Shown here: one piece after another, positions 19,104 through 27,195 of the stretch | Position numbering within the stretch: the stretch's first letter is position 1 | Layout: each line of letters opens with the position of its first letter | Virus record (IMG/VR): IMGVR_UViG_3300024308_000018 | Location: 165,747 to 229,746 of that record | Length of the DNA: 64,000 bases | Direction: 5' to 3' (one strand) | Translations under genes and position numbers: made by a program | The notes under the pieces: generated by a model | The model's database searches: none | Told to the model about the DNA's origin: nothing | The model's input: the letters and a program-made list of their open reading frames with translations, nothing else

Positions 19104-19160
19104 GGCCCGTGCTCCCTGCCGTGACCAGTGCACGGCAGTTCTAACATCATTAGGAGACCT

Positions 19161-19484
19161 ATGAAATTCTCGGAACTTTTTGCATCGTTCACTGTGGAGC
19201 AAAGCATTTACATTCTCTACTGGATTGCTGGCATCGCAACGCATTGGGGAATGAAACTGCAACGCGAAGGTGTAACGGCCAAGCAATACTGGGCAAGCAA
19301 ACCCCTCAACAGTATTGCCAGTATCCTCGTCAGCTTCGCGGTAGTGCTGAACTCGCTCTTGACGGGCGACAACGAATTCATGACTTACTTCGGCGCGGGT
19401 TTCGTAGCCGAGGCATTCATCAATCGTTACGTGGCTACCCAAGGAGGTGACCCAAATGTTGGAAAAGCTGAAAGCGTGCGGTAG
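19161..19484 (+). CDS. Putative holin
   Basis: AGGAG RBS. 107 aa with 2-3 hydrophobic segments and a charged C-terminal tail, upstream of spanin-like genes. Confidence 0.55.
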   Translation: MKFSELFASFTVEQSIYILYWIAGIATHWGMKLQREGVTAKQYWASKPLNSIASILVSFAVVLNSLLTGDNEFMTYFGAGFVAEAFINRYVATQGGDPNVGKAESVR

Positions 19485-19734
19485 CTGGCTGCTGGGGTTG
19501 CTCGCGCTGCTGGCTGCCGTCCTGTTCGGAGCGAACATGCTTCGTGGGAGAAAGCAGTCAGAAGCAGGCGACGCAAGCGCGCCCGCAGGCAAGGCCCCCA
19601 TGGTGGAGGCGCAAGCCAAGGAGACGGACACGGTAAACATCAAGGTTGAGGAAATCAACGAGGTGAAGCCGCCCGCCAAGACTCCCAAGGATAAAAACAT
19701 GGAGGCCATGCTTGAAGACTATGACCGGCTTTAG
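19456..19734 (+). CDS. Putative inner-membrane spanin (Rz-like)
   Basis: AAGGAGGT RBS. Single N-terminal TM (WLLGLLALLAAVLFGA) followed by a charged periplasmic tail. Confidence 0.55.
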   Translation: MLEKLKACGSWLLGLLALLAAVLFGANMLRGRKQSEAGDASAPAGKAPMVEAQAKETDTVNIKVEEINEVKPPAKTPKDKNMEAMLEDYDRL

Positions 19735-20212
19735 TGCGCGCGTTATCCTGTTCTGCGTAGTGCTGCTTTGCGCGGTGGCACTCAGTGCATGTAGCACTGT
19801 TCCGCAGGCAGGCCCCGAGCCCCGCACCAGTATCGAGCAGATCCCCGACATGAAGCAGGTGCAGGTTCCAAAGTTGGAGCCAGCGGCAAAGCCGAGGTTG
19901 GTGGTGCGTGAGATTGAAGGTGTGAAGGTGCCAACTCTCGGTAACGAGGGCATGGCGCAGCTGATAGACCTATACAAGCACGATGGGTATGCGACGAGCA
20001 CCGCGAACTCTGCGGTGGAAGTTGCGAACGCCGCAATTGCGGAACGTAACCGACTGCTTGCATTGGCTAAGGCGGAAGAGGCGGAGGGGAATCGACTACG
20101 TGCTGAGTTACACGTCGAGAAGGAGGCGAGAAAGGACGAGCGAATGTGGGGCAACGTTGAACTCAACGCGACGCGTGCCCTGTTGCTGCTGTCCATTCTG
20201 GCCGGAATGTAG
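19721..20212 (+). CDS. Putative outer-membrane lipoprotein spanin (Rz1/u-spanin-like)
   Basis: Lipobox LSAC after a hydrophobic signal, a Pro-rich linker, a coiled coil and a hydrophobic C-terminus. Confidence 0.65.
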   Translation: MTGFSARVILFCVVLLCAVALSACSTVPQAGPEPRTSIEQIPDMKQVQVPKLEPAAKPRLVVREIEGVKVPTLGNEGMAQLIDLYKHDGYATSTANSAVEVANAAIAERNRLLALAKAEEAEGNRLRAELHVEKEARKDERMWGNVELNATRALLLLSILAGM

Positions 20213-20249
20213 AAGAGGGGAGATCCAAGCTACTGGATCTCCCCTCTTT
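20213..20249. terminator. Bidirectional terminator between convergent operons
   Basis: 15-bp perfect inverted repeat AAGAGGGGAGATCCA / TGGATCTCCCCTCTT. Confidence 0.85.
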
Positions 20250-20253
20250 GCAT

Positions 20254-20829
20254 TTAATCGTAATACGCGATCATGCGGATGCCGTCTTCGGCGTAGGTGG
20301 CATGGTTCCACATATCGGTGTCCGGCACGTTGGCGGCAGCGGCGGCCGCAGAGAGCAGCAGACCGTACACACCATCTTGGCCTTCGCTTGCCATGGTCTC
20401 GACGTCGAACACGCGGGCACCGCTCTGCGCGTCTGACGCTACCTCGGTGAAATCCGCGTGGTCGCAGGCACTGATCACCTTGTCGCCGACCAGCACAACG
20501 AACGACGCCTCCTTCGGAACTCTAGTTCCCTGCACCAACAGCTCGTACTGCTCAACGTAGAATGGCGACAGAGTTTTCACCGCGTCCGGTTTGCGGTCGA
20601 ACATGAACTCGCCGTCGCCTGCAACTTCCAGATCCGGATACAGGTAGACTTGGGCGCTGGCCGCAAGTGACAGCTTCGTGGTGTCCAGCCCAGCGAACGG
20701 CGCGCTGTCCTCAGTCTCACCCGATACGCGGGCCCACGTGTTGATAGCACTCAACACGCTTTGCGACGTGCTCAGGTAGGGCACTTCTTCGTGACGCATC
20801 ACGTAGACTTTTGCAACTACAGATTCCAT
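20254..20829 (-). CDS. Hypothetical protein, paralogue A
   Basis: Aligns by eye along its full length with the 20840 gene (VYV.R, LYP, PDAV..SPF..E..EL, AAAN.PDT, AED.I.MI). Confidence 0.75.
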   Translation of the reverse strand: MESVVAKVYVMRHEEVPYLSTSQSVLSAINTWARVSGETEDSAPFAGLDTTKLSLAASAQVYLYPDLEVAGDGEFMFDRKPDAVKTLSPFYVEQYELLVQGTRVPKEASFVVLVGDKVISACDHADFTEVASDAQSGARVFDVETMASEGQDGVYGLLLSAAAAAANVPDTDMWNHATYAEDGIRMIAYYD

Positions 20830-20839
20830 GGCAGTTACC

Positions 20840-21412
20840 TTACAGTGGATCGCTCATGCGATTCAGGTTTACGATCATAGCGATGTTGTCTTCGGCACTA
20901 ACGTGGACTTCCGCGCTATCGAATCCAGTATCCGGCAGGTTGGCCGCTGCATTGATTACCGAACGATACAGGCCGACAAAGCCGTCACAGTCGTCAGCAA
21001 TCTCTTCGACCTCGAAGAAGTCCCAGCCGCCCCACGTGTGCTCAATCGCGTAGTCGAGATCATGCTTGCCGTACTGCTCCATGGTCTGCGGCCCGAGGAA
21101 CACAGCGAACGAGCATTCGGTCGGAACTACTTCGGCACTCACACTAAGTTCGTGCAGCTCCAAAGAGAATGGTGACGGCGACTGTACGGCGTCCGGCCCG
21201 CGCTCTTCGAACCAGAAGCCCTCGACTTTCTGCTCTGGATACAGGTTGACGGGCACGGAGGTTCCGGAGTGCATGCTGACATAGCGCACGTCCTTGAAGT
21301 CGGTGCTCTTATCGGCCCACTCCTTGAACGCCTTGATTACCGCGTCCTGTGCTTCGCTGGTGCTGACAGTGTTGTCGCGCACGACATAGACTTGCATGTC
21401 TTTCATTTTCAT
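20840..21412 (-). CDS. Hypothetical protein, paralogue B
   Basis: Shares the motifs listed for paralogue A (20254). Confidence 0.75.
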   Translation of the reverse strand: MKMKDMQVYVVRDNTVSTSEAQDAVIKAFKEWADKSTDFKDVRYVSMHSGTSVPVNLYPEQKVEGFWFEERGPDAVQSPSPFSLELHELSVSAEVVPTECSFAVFLGPQTMEQYGKHDLDYAIEHTWGGWDFFEVEEIADDCDGFVGLYRSVINAAANLPDTGFDSAEVHVSAEDNIAMIVNLNRMSDPL

Positions 21413-21421
21413 AGAGTGCCT

Positions 21422-21925
21422 TCAGTAGATTGAAGTTATGTACTCGGCTGCACCGCGCAGCGACGAGTGACGGGGACGCAACGTCAACACGGAATACGTC
21501 GGGTGGTCAACGCGGTTTTCAACATTCCAGCCGTGCACGCCGATAGGGAACTTGACGTGGGGCTCAGGCACTTGCATTGGAATGATTGAGAGGTAAAGGA
21601 CGTTGACGAACGGCATGGCCTGCTTATAGATTTCGGCCCCGCCGATCACAATCGGCTGATTGCGTGCAATAGACAACGCCTCTTCAATGCTACTGACGCA
21701 ATCAACGCCACGGATCCGACGATTGGTCAGCACAATGTTGTGACGTCCGGGCAGAGGCTTCTTCGGCAGCGAATCCCACGTCCTGCGCCCCATAATGATC
21801 GAGCGATTAGCGGTAATTCCCGAGAACCACGCCAGATCTTCCGGAACGTGCCACGGCAACGTGCCATCCATCAAACCTATCGCCAAGTTATTGGACACGG
21901 CGGCGATCATATCGAGCTTCTGCAT
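21422..21925 (-). CDS. folA: Dihydrofolate reductase
   Basis: IAAVSNNLAIG..GTLPWHVPEDLAWF...IIMGRRTWDSLPKKPLPGRHNIVLT...VIGGAEIY. Confidence 0.97.
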   Translation of the reverse strand: MQKLDMIAAVSNNLAIGLMDGTLPWHVPEDLAWFSGITANRSIIMGRRTWDSLPKKPLPGRHNIVLTNRRIRGVDCVSSIEEALSIARNQPIVIGGAEIYKQAMPFVNVLYLSIIPMQVPEPHVKFPIGVHGWNVENRVDHPTYSVLTLRPRHSSLRGAAEYITSIY

Positions 21926-22090
21926 CTAAATCACCCCGTTACCCATGAAGTCCATGAGATCTTCGTAGTCGGAGATCGCAGCAGCCAGTTCCTCTATGCG
22001 TGCGTTGCTTTCGTCGTCCGTGTTGTCCAGTATGGCTTCGAGTTCAGCCAGCGCTGCTTGGTACGCGTCGTCGGTTTCAATCTTTTGCAT
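21926..22090 (-). CDS. 54-aa ORF resembling the N-terminal (non-HTH) domain of HigA antitoxins
   Basis: Absent from the ORF track (<60 aa). MQKIETDDAYQAALAELEAILDNTDDESNARIEELAAAISDYEDLMDFMGNGVI*, with an AGGGAG RBS. It fills the gap between flanking genes and its TAG abuts the folA ATG. Confidence 0.7.
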   Translation of the reverse strand: MQKIETDDAYQAALAELEAILDNTDDESNARIEELAAAISDYEDLMDFMGNGVI

Positions 22091-22712
22091 CTATAACTCC
22101 CTTGATGGTATTGACGCGGTGAATCGCAAGACCCTCATTGCGGGCTTTCACCATCGTGTCCCAGAAGTTACCGCGCAGCGGGCACGCAATGGTCACGATG
22201 TCGCCGTTATCAGCACAGAAGATTTCGGCATTCCGTAGGCAGTCACCGTGGTGGTAGTAGGTCATCGCCAACGGCATTCCCATGATCGCAAGGTGCGGGC
22301 TGAACATCCCAAACGCTTTGAGTTCATAGTAAGTGTCGTCGAAGGTGTCCATGCGCGTTTTCGTTATGAGCTGCATCCGCGAAATCTCGGTGCGTGGGCA
22401 GCACGCGACAAACTCTTGTCCGAGATAGCTGGCGACGACCAGCGGCGGCAGTTTGGCAAGTGCGGTGCCAGCGTACTGGACGAGTGCCAGCTTGTATCCG
22501 GTTTCAGCCGTGGGGAACCACTTGGCGAAATCTTCGGTACACAGCAGACGCATCTGCATGTCGGCGCGCGGTATCTGCTCCCACTCCATGAAGTCCGCAA
22601 TGCTCAACGTGTCATGTGCGTGATTGCGAATTACTGCGTTGAACGCCAAGCTGCTCTCTTCCGTAGCGCGTTCCCACTCTTCTTCCTTGTAAACCAGAAT
22701 GCCGTACATCAT
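22077..22712 (-). CDS. Hypothetical protein
   Basis: 211-aa ORF, ATGA-coupled to the upstream gene. Confidence 0.65.
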   Translation of the reverse strand: MMYGILVYKEEEWERATEESSLAFNAVIRNHAHDTLSIADFMEWEQIPRADMQMRLLCTEDFAKWFPTAETGYKLALVQYAGTALAKLPPLVVASYLGQEFVACCPRTEISRMQLITKTRMDTFDDTYYELKAFGMFSPHLAIMGMPLAMTYYHHGDCLRNAEIFCADNGDIVTIACPLRGNFWDTMVKARNEGLAIHRVNTIKGVIDAKD

Positions 22713-23164
22713 AGCGATTCGTCCATGGCGTTGCGGATCTCCAACATCACACAGTTCTCGCTGTGCTCAATCTTGGTACACGGCGTCCGGAACTTTGCGA
22801 TAGTCTGGCGTAGTGCACCAACGATCAGCAGGCTTACCGGGTCGGCGTGCTCTATCCAATATGCACTAGGGCTGAATGCTTCGGCGAGCAATTTATCGTA
22901 GTGGTCGTGGAATGCTGCATTCGGCTCAGGCCCCATTAGGAAAACGAAGCTGACGTCTTCCACGTGTTTTCGGTCGGCACGCAGCTTAAACACTTCGGTC
23001 ACGTGCTCACCTGCCGAAGTGTCCTTGCCCTGCGCGTGGTACATAGTTAAGTTGGGGTGGCCCTTGAATGCGACCGACACTGAAGTGATTGCTTGCAGCA
23101 GCTTGTCGGTTGAGGTGTAGCCCAAGCCTGCACGAATGGGTCGTACAACAAACACGTTACTCAT
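22709..23164 (-). CDS. Hypothetical protein, divergent paralogue C of 20254/20840
   Basis: NVFVVR...STDKLLQAI and DVSFVFLMGP match the family pattern. AGGAG RBS. Confidence 0.65.
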   Translation of the reverse strand: MSNVFVVRPIRAGLGYTSTDKLLQAITSVSVAFKGHPNLTMYHAQGKDTSAGEHVTEVFKLRADRKHVEDVSFVFLMGPEPNAAFHDHYDKLLAEAFSPSAYWIEHADPVSLLIVGALRQTIAKFRTPCTKIEHSENCVMLEIRNAMDESL

Positions 23165-23173
23165 ATCAAACTC

Positions 23174-23455
23174 CTAGCGTTTACGTTTCTGCTTCTTGCG
23201 CAGTTCACGACTACGCAACGCGCTACGCAAAGGGCGCAGCCGTTCTTGTTCTGCTCTGTGGGCCGCCCAGTGTGCCTGCTGCTCACGGCGGCGACGTTCA
23301 ACCTCTTCTCGGTCTGGAAGTTTGCTGACTCCGAAGAGATGGATCCCGAGGCCGTCGCCGACCGCCATCATATCAATGGTGCTCAGGATGTCGGGATCTA
23401 CTTTGGGGCCACCAAGTTCACTTAGCACCAAGTGCCATGCTGCTTTGCTATCCAT
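23174..23455 (-). CDS. Small basic hypothetical protein
   Basis: Start MDSKAAW overlaps the upstream stop. Arg/Lys-rich helical C-terminus. Confidence 0.55.
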   Translation of the reverse strand: MDSKAAWHLVLSELGGPKVDPDILSTIDMMAVGDGLGIHLFGVSKLPDREEVERRRREQQAHWAAHRAEQERLRPLRSALRSRELRKKQKRKR

Positions 23456-24164
23456 TGTGCTGACCCCATCTGTGCGGGCGGTGGCCTTCGCGATGATCCA
23501 GCGGGCGCTTGTCTCCACGCTTGTAGTGGATGCCGCGAATGTCATACCACGCCGCGCCGATGCGCGTATACACGTGGCCTTCAATGCGGTCATACCAGAT
23601 CACGGCTTCCGGATATTGGTGGCGCAGCAATAGGGCAAACCCATAGCAGTTCCCATTGGTGTAGAGATGCACGGAGTTGTTCAGTGACTCACGCACAGCG
23701 TCAATAAACTTGAGGATGTCACGGCGCTGGTGTTGCGTTGGCAGCCCGAACTTCCAGAGTCTGTTACGCCCAACGCTACGGCGACGTCCGTAGTAGCCTT
23801 GCAGCAGGTTCTGATCAGCGACTGGCAGGTACGGCACTCTTGAGAGTGTGCGAGCCGCTTGCTTATTGAGCAGCTTGTGTGCCGAGTGACGCGTTACCTT
23901 CAGCCACATGCGGAGCTTGGCTCGATACATGCGGCGATAAGGCATCTTGGGAGTCGGGTGCCGGATCATGTCGGAGCTGCTGTACGTCTGAAACGATTCA
24001 TCGACACAGAGTTTAAGCCGCCCCTCGACACGTTCAATCCGGATGTCCAAGTGCAGCGTGTGGTTCTCAGGGATGTCGGCTGGCGCTTTGGTCACGGGGA
24101 TCTTCACGTCCGGCCAGTGCGTCCACAGAAGACGCGGAAGTCCGAATGAAACAGTCAGGGGCAT
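23448..24164 (-). CDS. Hypothetical protein with a possible C-terminal Cys-His-Asp (papain/transglutaminase-like) module
   Basis: GNCYGFALLL...GHVY...WYDIRG. GAGGT RBS. Confidence 0.55.
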   Translation of the reverse strand: MPLTVSFGLPRLLWTHWPDVKIPVTKAPADIPENHTLHLDIRIERVEGRLKLCVDESFQTYSSSDMIRHPTPKMPYRRMYRAKLRMWLKVTRHSAHKLLNKQAARTLSRVPYLPVADQNLLQGYYGRRRSVGRNRLWKFGLPTQHQRRDILKFIDAVRESLNNSVHLYTNGNCYGFALLLRHQYPEAVIWYDRIEGHVYTRIGAAWYDIRGIHYKRGDKRPLDHREGHRPHRWGQHNG

Positions 24165-24168
24165 GGTG

Positions 24169-24603
24169 TTACCTCAGAGTAATGTTGAACACGTGGGGGT
24201 CAGCAGTACATTGGATGTTGGTCACAACGTATTGGCTGAGGTCGACGCCAGTTTCAGCCAGCACCTGCTGGACAATCTCCGGTGACAGCTCCATCTCGGG
24301 AGGGTTGGCTTTGGCAGCCCCTACCAGAGTTGCTAACCATCTGTCCATCACGTCCCGAACGGAGTCCGCAGCATTGTCGCCTTCTTGGAAGTCAATGATG
24401 GGTGCAGTAGTGGGGCACGCTTCAGTGAATGTGCCTTCGCGGTCGATCCGCCCGTGGCGTTGAGCCAGCAACGACTTCGCCATGATTTTCTCCAACTCAT
24501 TTGGCTGAGCCAGTACCTGTGTGTCTCCCCATACTATGTTGGGGAGGTTGGTGAAGTTGATTGTGATTTCAACTTTGCCATCATCTTGTTGCTCGGTGCT
24601 CAT
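24169..24603 (-). CDS. Hypothetical protein
   Basis: 144-aa ORF, ATGA-coupled. Confidence 0.6.
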   Translation of the reverse strand: MSTEQQDDGKVEITINFTNLPNIVWGDTQVLAQPNELEKIMAKSLLAQRHGRIDREGTFTEACPTTAPIIDFQEGDNAADSVRDVMDRWLATLVGAAKANPPEMELSPEIVQQVLAETGVDLSQYVVTNIQCTADPHVFNITLR

Positions 24604-24971
24604 TTGCGTTTCTTCCTTGCTGCTGCTTTCTGGGAGGCGCGCCGTTCGTGGCTGCGAATCGCGTTGCCTGTGCTGGGGCTTCGTATGGCTGCGGCTGCCG
24701 CACGTTCCTCAACGGCCACGCGACGACGTTCCATCTCCTGAACACGGGCGGCGTGAATGGCATGCGCTTCATTCAGCGCTTCTTGCGTCACACCGTACCC
24801 AGCAGCACCGACCGATATGGCAAAGAGTCTGGCGTCAGCGGTAGACATGCCAAGGGCTTTCGCGTACTCGAACACTTCGTGCTGCGAACGTGGAAGGCGT
24901 GCACCCATCGGACGTTCAGCCAAACCGTGCGCCTCCAAATCGTAGTGGCGGCGTGCATTCATCTTTTGCAT
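24600..24971 (-). CDS. Hypothetical basic protein
   Basis: GGAG RBS just after a hairpin supports the MQKMNARR start. Arg/Lys-rich C-terminus. Confidence 0.6.
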   Translation of the reverse strand: MQKMNARRHYDLEAHGLAERPMGARLPRSQHEVFEYAKALGMSTADARLFAISVGAAGYGVTQEALNEAHAIHAARVQEMERRRVAVEERAAAAAIRSPSTGNAIRSHERRASQKAAARKKRK

Positions 24972-24981
24972 GTGGATCTCC

Positions 24982-25010
24982 AAGGGGAGCATGGCGCTCC
25001 CCTCTTGTTT
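24982..25010. terminator. Hairpin, near-identical to the 11496 terminator
   Basis: On the - strand AGGGGAGC-GCCAT-GCTCCCCT-TGGAG. On the + strand it is followed by CTTGTTT. Confidence 0.6.
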
Positions 25011-25017
25011 ACAGTTT
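25004..25017 (-). promoter_or_regulatory. Candidate promoter element AAACTGTAAACAAG (copy 1)
   Basis: Intergenic 14-mer identical to 27760-27773, both upstream of - strand gene blocks. Confidence 0.35.
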
Positions 25018-25018
25018 G

Positions 25019-25687
25019 TCAGTCCAGTATTGACCCGATAGTAAGGGCATCGAGTACGGAATCGAGAGCTTTGCCTACAATGCTCTGATCGCCTTTGGTC
25101 TCAGGCAACTTGCGGTAGCCTTTCTCCGTGTACTTCAGCTGCTTGTCTTCCAGCGCGCGAACGTTGTCCTTCTCCACCACAGCCTCTACAGTCGTATCCG
25201 GCTCTGACGCCATATCAACGCCGAGCAGCACAGGCGCGTTCAACAAGTCACGACGGATCCGAATGTGGTAACCGTGCATGCCTTTGGTGACGTAGTTCAC
25301 TTCCTTGCCCGTGAGGTCGAGCCCACCGCACGCGGCTTTGACTTCCTCGACCACTTTGGGATCCAGAATGTTGGGGCCCTCGACTCCCGCTCGACAGATG
25401 GCTACCCACCAATGTTGCGCGGGGCCATGCAGCGGGTCGTAGTTTTCATCCGTGTAGGGGATCGTGGGCAACGTTACGAACTCGCTTTCACCCACGGGTT
25501 CGAAGGTGAAGTGCATCGTGCCCCAATCATACTTGGCGCGAGTGAGTTTGTGGTGTGCCAGCGATACGCCCTGCATTGCGGCGTAGCGGATAACAGACTG
25601 AGGTGCGGAACCGTCATCGACATTGAGGAACTTGCACTCTTCCTCAAGCTCGTCGTTGAACGGCATTGCTATGTTCAACGTGATCAT
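25019..25687 (-). CDS. Hypothetical protein
   Basis: GGAG RBS and ATGA overlap, 222 aa. Confidence 0.65.
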   Translation of the reverse strand: MITLNIAMPFNDELEEECKFLNVDDGSAPQSVIRYAAMQGVSLAHHKLTRAKYDWGTMHFTFEPVGESEFVTLPTIPYTDENYDPLHGPAQHWWVAICRAGVEGPNILDPKVVEEVKAACGGLDLTGKEVNYVTKGMHGYHIRIRRDLLNAPVLLGVDMASEPDTTVEAVVEKDNVRALEDKQLKYTEKGYRKLPETKGDQSIVGKALDSVLDALTIGSILD

Positions 25688-25869
25688 GATTGCTCCTTAC
25701 GCTCGGCACAGTCTACGGTGAACTGGCCGCTCTTAGCGTTCTCCATAGCCTGCTGCATTGCTTCGTTAAACTGCGGAGGCGACTTGACCAACTCTTCGAA
25801 CTTGGCGTGCGCCTCGTCATCCAGCAGGATAACCTCTGGCGCTGCCTCGACCTCTGGCTTACTTGACAT
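25684..25869 (-). CDS. 61-aa protein resembling the C-terminal domain of DUF1778/TacA-AtaR antitoxins
   Basis: AAGGAG RBS. VILLDDEAHAKFEELVKSPPQFNEAMQQA matches the I.L..E....F...L..PP..N..L..A pattern. Confidence 0.6.
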   Translation of the reverse strand: MSSKPEVEAAPEVILLDDEAHAKFEELVKSPPQFNEAMQQAMENAKSGQFTVDCAERKEQS

Positions 25870-25878
25870 GGCTGCTCC

Positions 25879-27195
25879 TTAAATGCTGACGGGGAAGTGA
25901 ACGTGCGGCTGATAGTTCTCGTAGGTGTAGTCGAACACCTTGAGCAGCTCGTCGTCCGGCAACTCCATGCAGTGCGCGATGAACTCGTCGAACCGGTAAC
26001 GCGTGCCGTAGTATTTGTCGCAGCCCGCCCATTTGGTGGTCAGCGCTTCCGGTACGTTGATCTTGAGCTTCGGTGCATCGATCATCGCATCAGTCACGGT
26101 CTCCAGCTCTCCGAGACGCGCGATCTCGGTATCGAGTTGGTGCTGCAACTTGGAAATGGGGGCACCGAGCTGGTTCTTGTAGATGTGGCAGTCACCCATG
26201 CTGTATTGCAGGCCGCCCGCACTCAACTTGGTTTTCGATACAGCGGCAATGATATGCAGCAGTGTGGAGTACGACGCCCAGTTGAAGGGGCCGCCGAGTG
26301 GCGCGTCACAGCTACGTTGATACGCGTTCATGTGGATCACGTGCTCAACGTTGTGGAGACTGCGGTAGTGTGGAGCACCTAGCACCAGCTGGAATGACAT
26401 GTGGCACGGTGGCAGCTGCATCTTCGGCAGATCGCGCGGGTTCCACGCACTGACAACCATGCGTGACGAGCCCGGATCGTTATCCAGCAGATCCAACACG
26501 TCACCCAGCTGGTCAATGTAGCCAGTCATGACCACGTTGTCGTATCCGGTCTCGCCTGCTTCATACATGCCCTGCTTCACGTAGCCCTTGGCGAGCAGCG
26601 CGTTATAACGCTCCATGTGTTCGGAATCACCAGTGAAGATGATCTGGGTGTCTTCAATTCTACGCCACTGTGCACCATACACGGGGCCCAGTTGGCCGCC
26701 AATGAGTTTGCGCGACGGGATGCTGTAGTTGTCCATCCAGATCTCTTGGCGGTTAAGGTCGTCGGGGTAACGCGCAGTTACCTCTTTGAACTGATCCATG
26801 AGGCCGCGCTTCTCAACCAAGCGAATGCGATCCGCCCACGTGAGTTCCGCCCAGACTTCGGTGCCAGCTTTCACCCACCCGTCCCAGATGTTGACGTTGC
26901 GGCTCTTCAGATACGCGATGTCTGTCTGTCCGCTACAGAACCAAAGCAGCTCATGCAGCATAGGCAGCAGGAGCAACTTCTTACCGCGCACCAGCGGCAC
27001 GCTGACCGTTACGTCTGGGAACGTAAACGTAGTGTGCGGAATACTGAGGCGCTGGTGCTGACGTGCGGGCTTCAGGTAACCAGTACGGCGGATCTCTAAC
27101 AGCATTGCTTGATACTGCAAGTCGACGTTGAAAACTTCGTGGAAGTCATCAGCGCATTTAAAGTCATCCATTACGTTAGGGCAGGTTCCGTTCAT
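25879..27195 (-). CDS. thyA: Thymidylate synthase (ThyA type) with two insertions
   Basis: HELLWFCSG, NIWDGW, LGPVYGAQWR, VSAWNP, LPPCH, YQRSCD..LGGPFN..SY, GDCHIY. Confidence 0.97.
   Translation of the reverse strand: MNGTCPNVMDDFKCADDFHEVFNVDLQYQAMLLEIRRTGYLKPARQHQRLSIPHTTFTFPDVTVSVPLVRGKKLLLLPMLHELLWFCSGQTDIAYLKSRNVNIWDGWVKAGTEVWAELTWADRIRLVEKRGLMDQFKEVTARYPDDLNRQEIWMDNYSIPSRKLIGGQLGPVYGAQWRRIEDTQIIFTGDSEHMERYNALLAKGYVKQGMYEAGETGYDNVVMTGYIDQLGDVLDLLDNDPGSSRMVVSAWNPRDLPKMQLPPCHMSFQLVLGAPHYRSLHNVEHVIHMNAYQRSCDAPLGGPFNWASYSTLLHIIAAVSKTKLSAGGLQYSMGDCHIYKNQLGAPISKLQHQLDTEIARLGELETVTDAMIDAPKLKINVPEALTTKWAGCDKYYGTRYRFDEFIAHCMELPDDELLKVFDYTYENYQPHVHFPVSI

Noticed and set aside
19116-19138. 8-bp hairpin upstream of the holin as a regulatory riboswitch-like element
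   Set aside because: It does not sequester the RBS and has only a weak U-tract, so it is at most a minor attenuator.
25019-25687. C39-like peptidase (HWWV...ILDP)
   Set aside because: No convincing catalytic Cys motif upstream. Left as hypothetical.
25879-27195. Possibility that thyA is a nucleotide hydroxymethylase for DNA hypermodification
   Set aside because: The substrate-specifying residue is Asn (PFN), as in true dUMP-specific ThyA, and the gene is linked to DHFR and dCMP deaminase.
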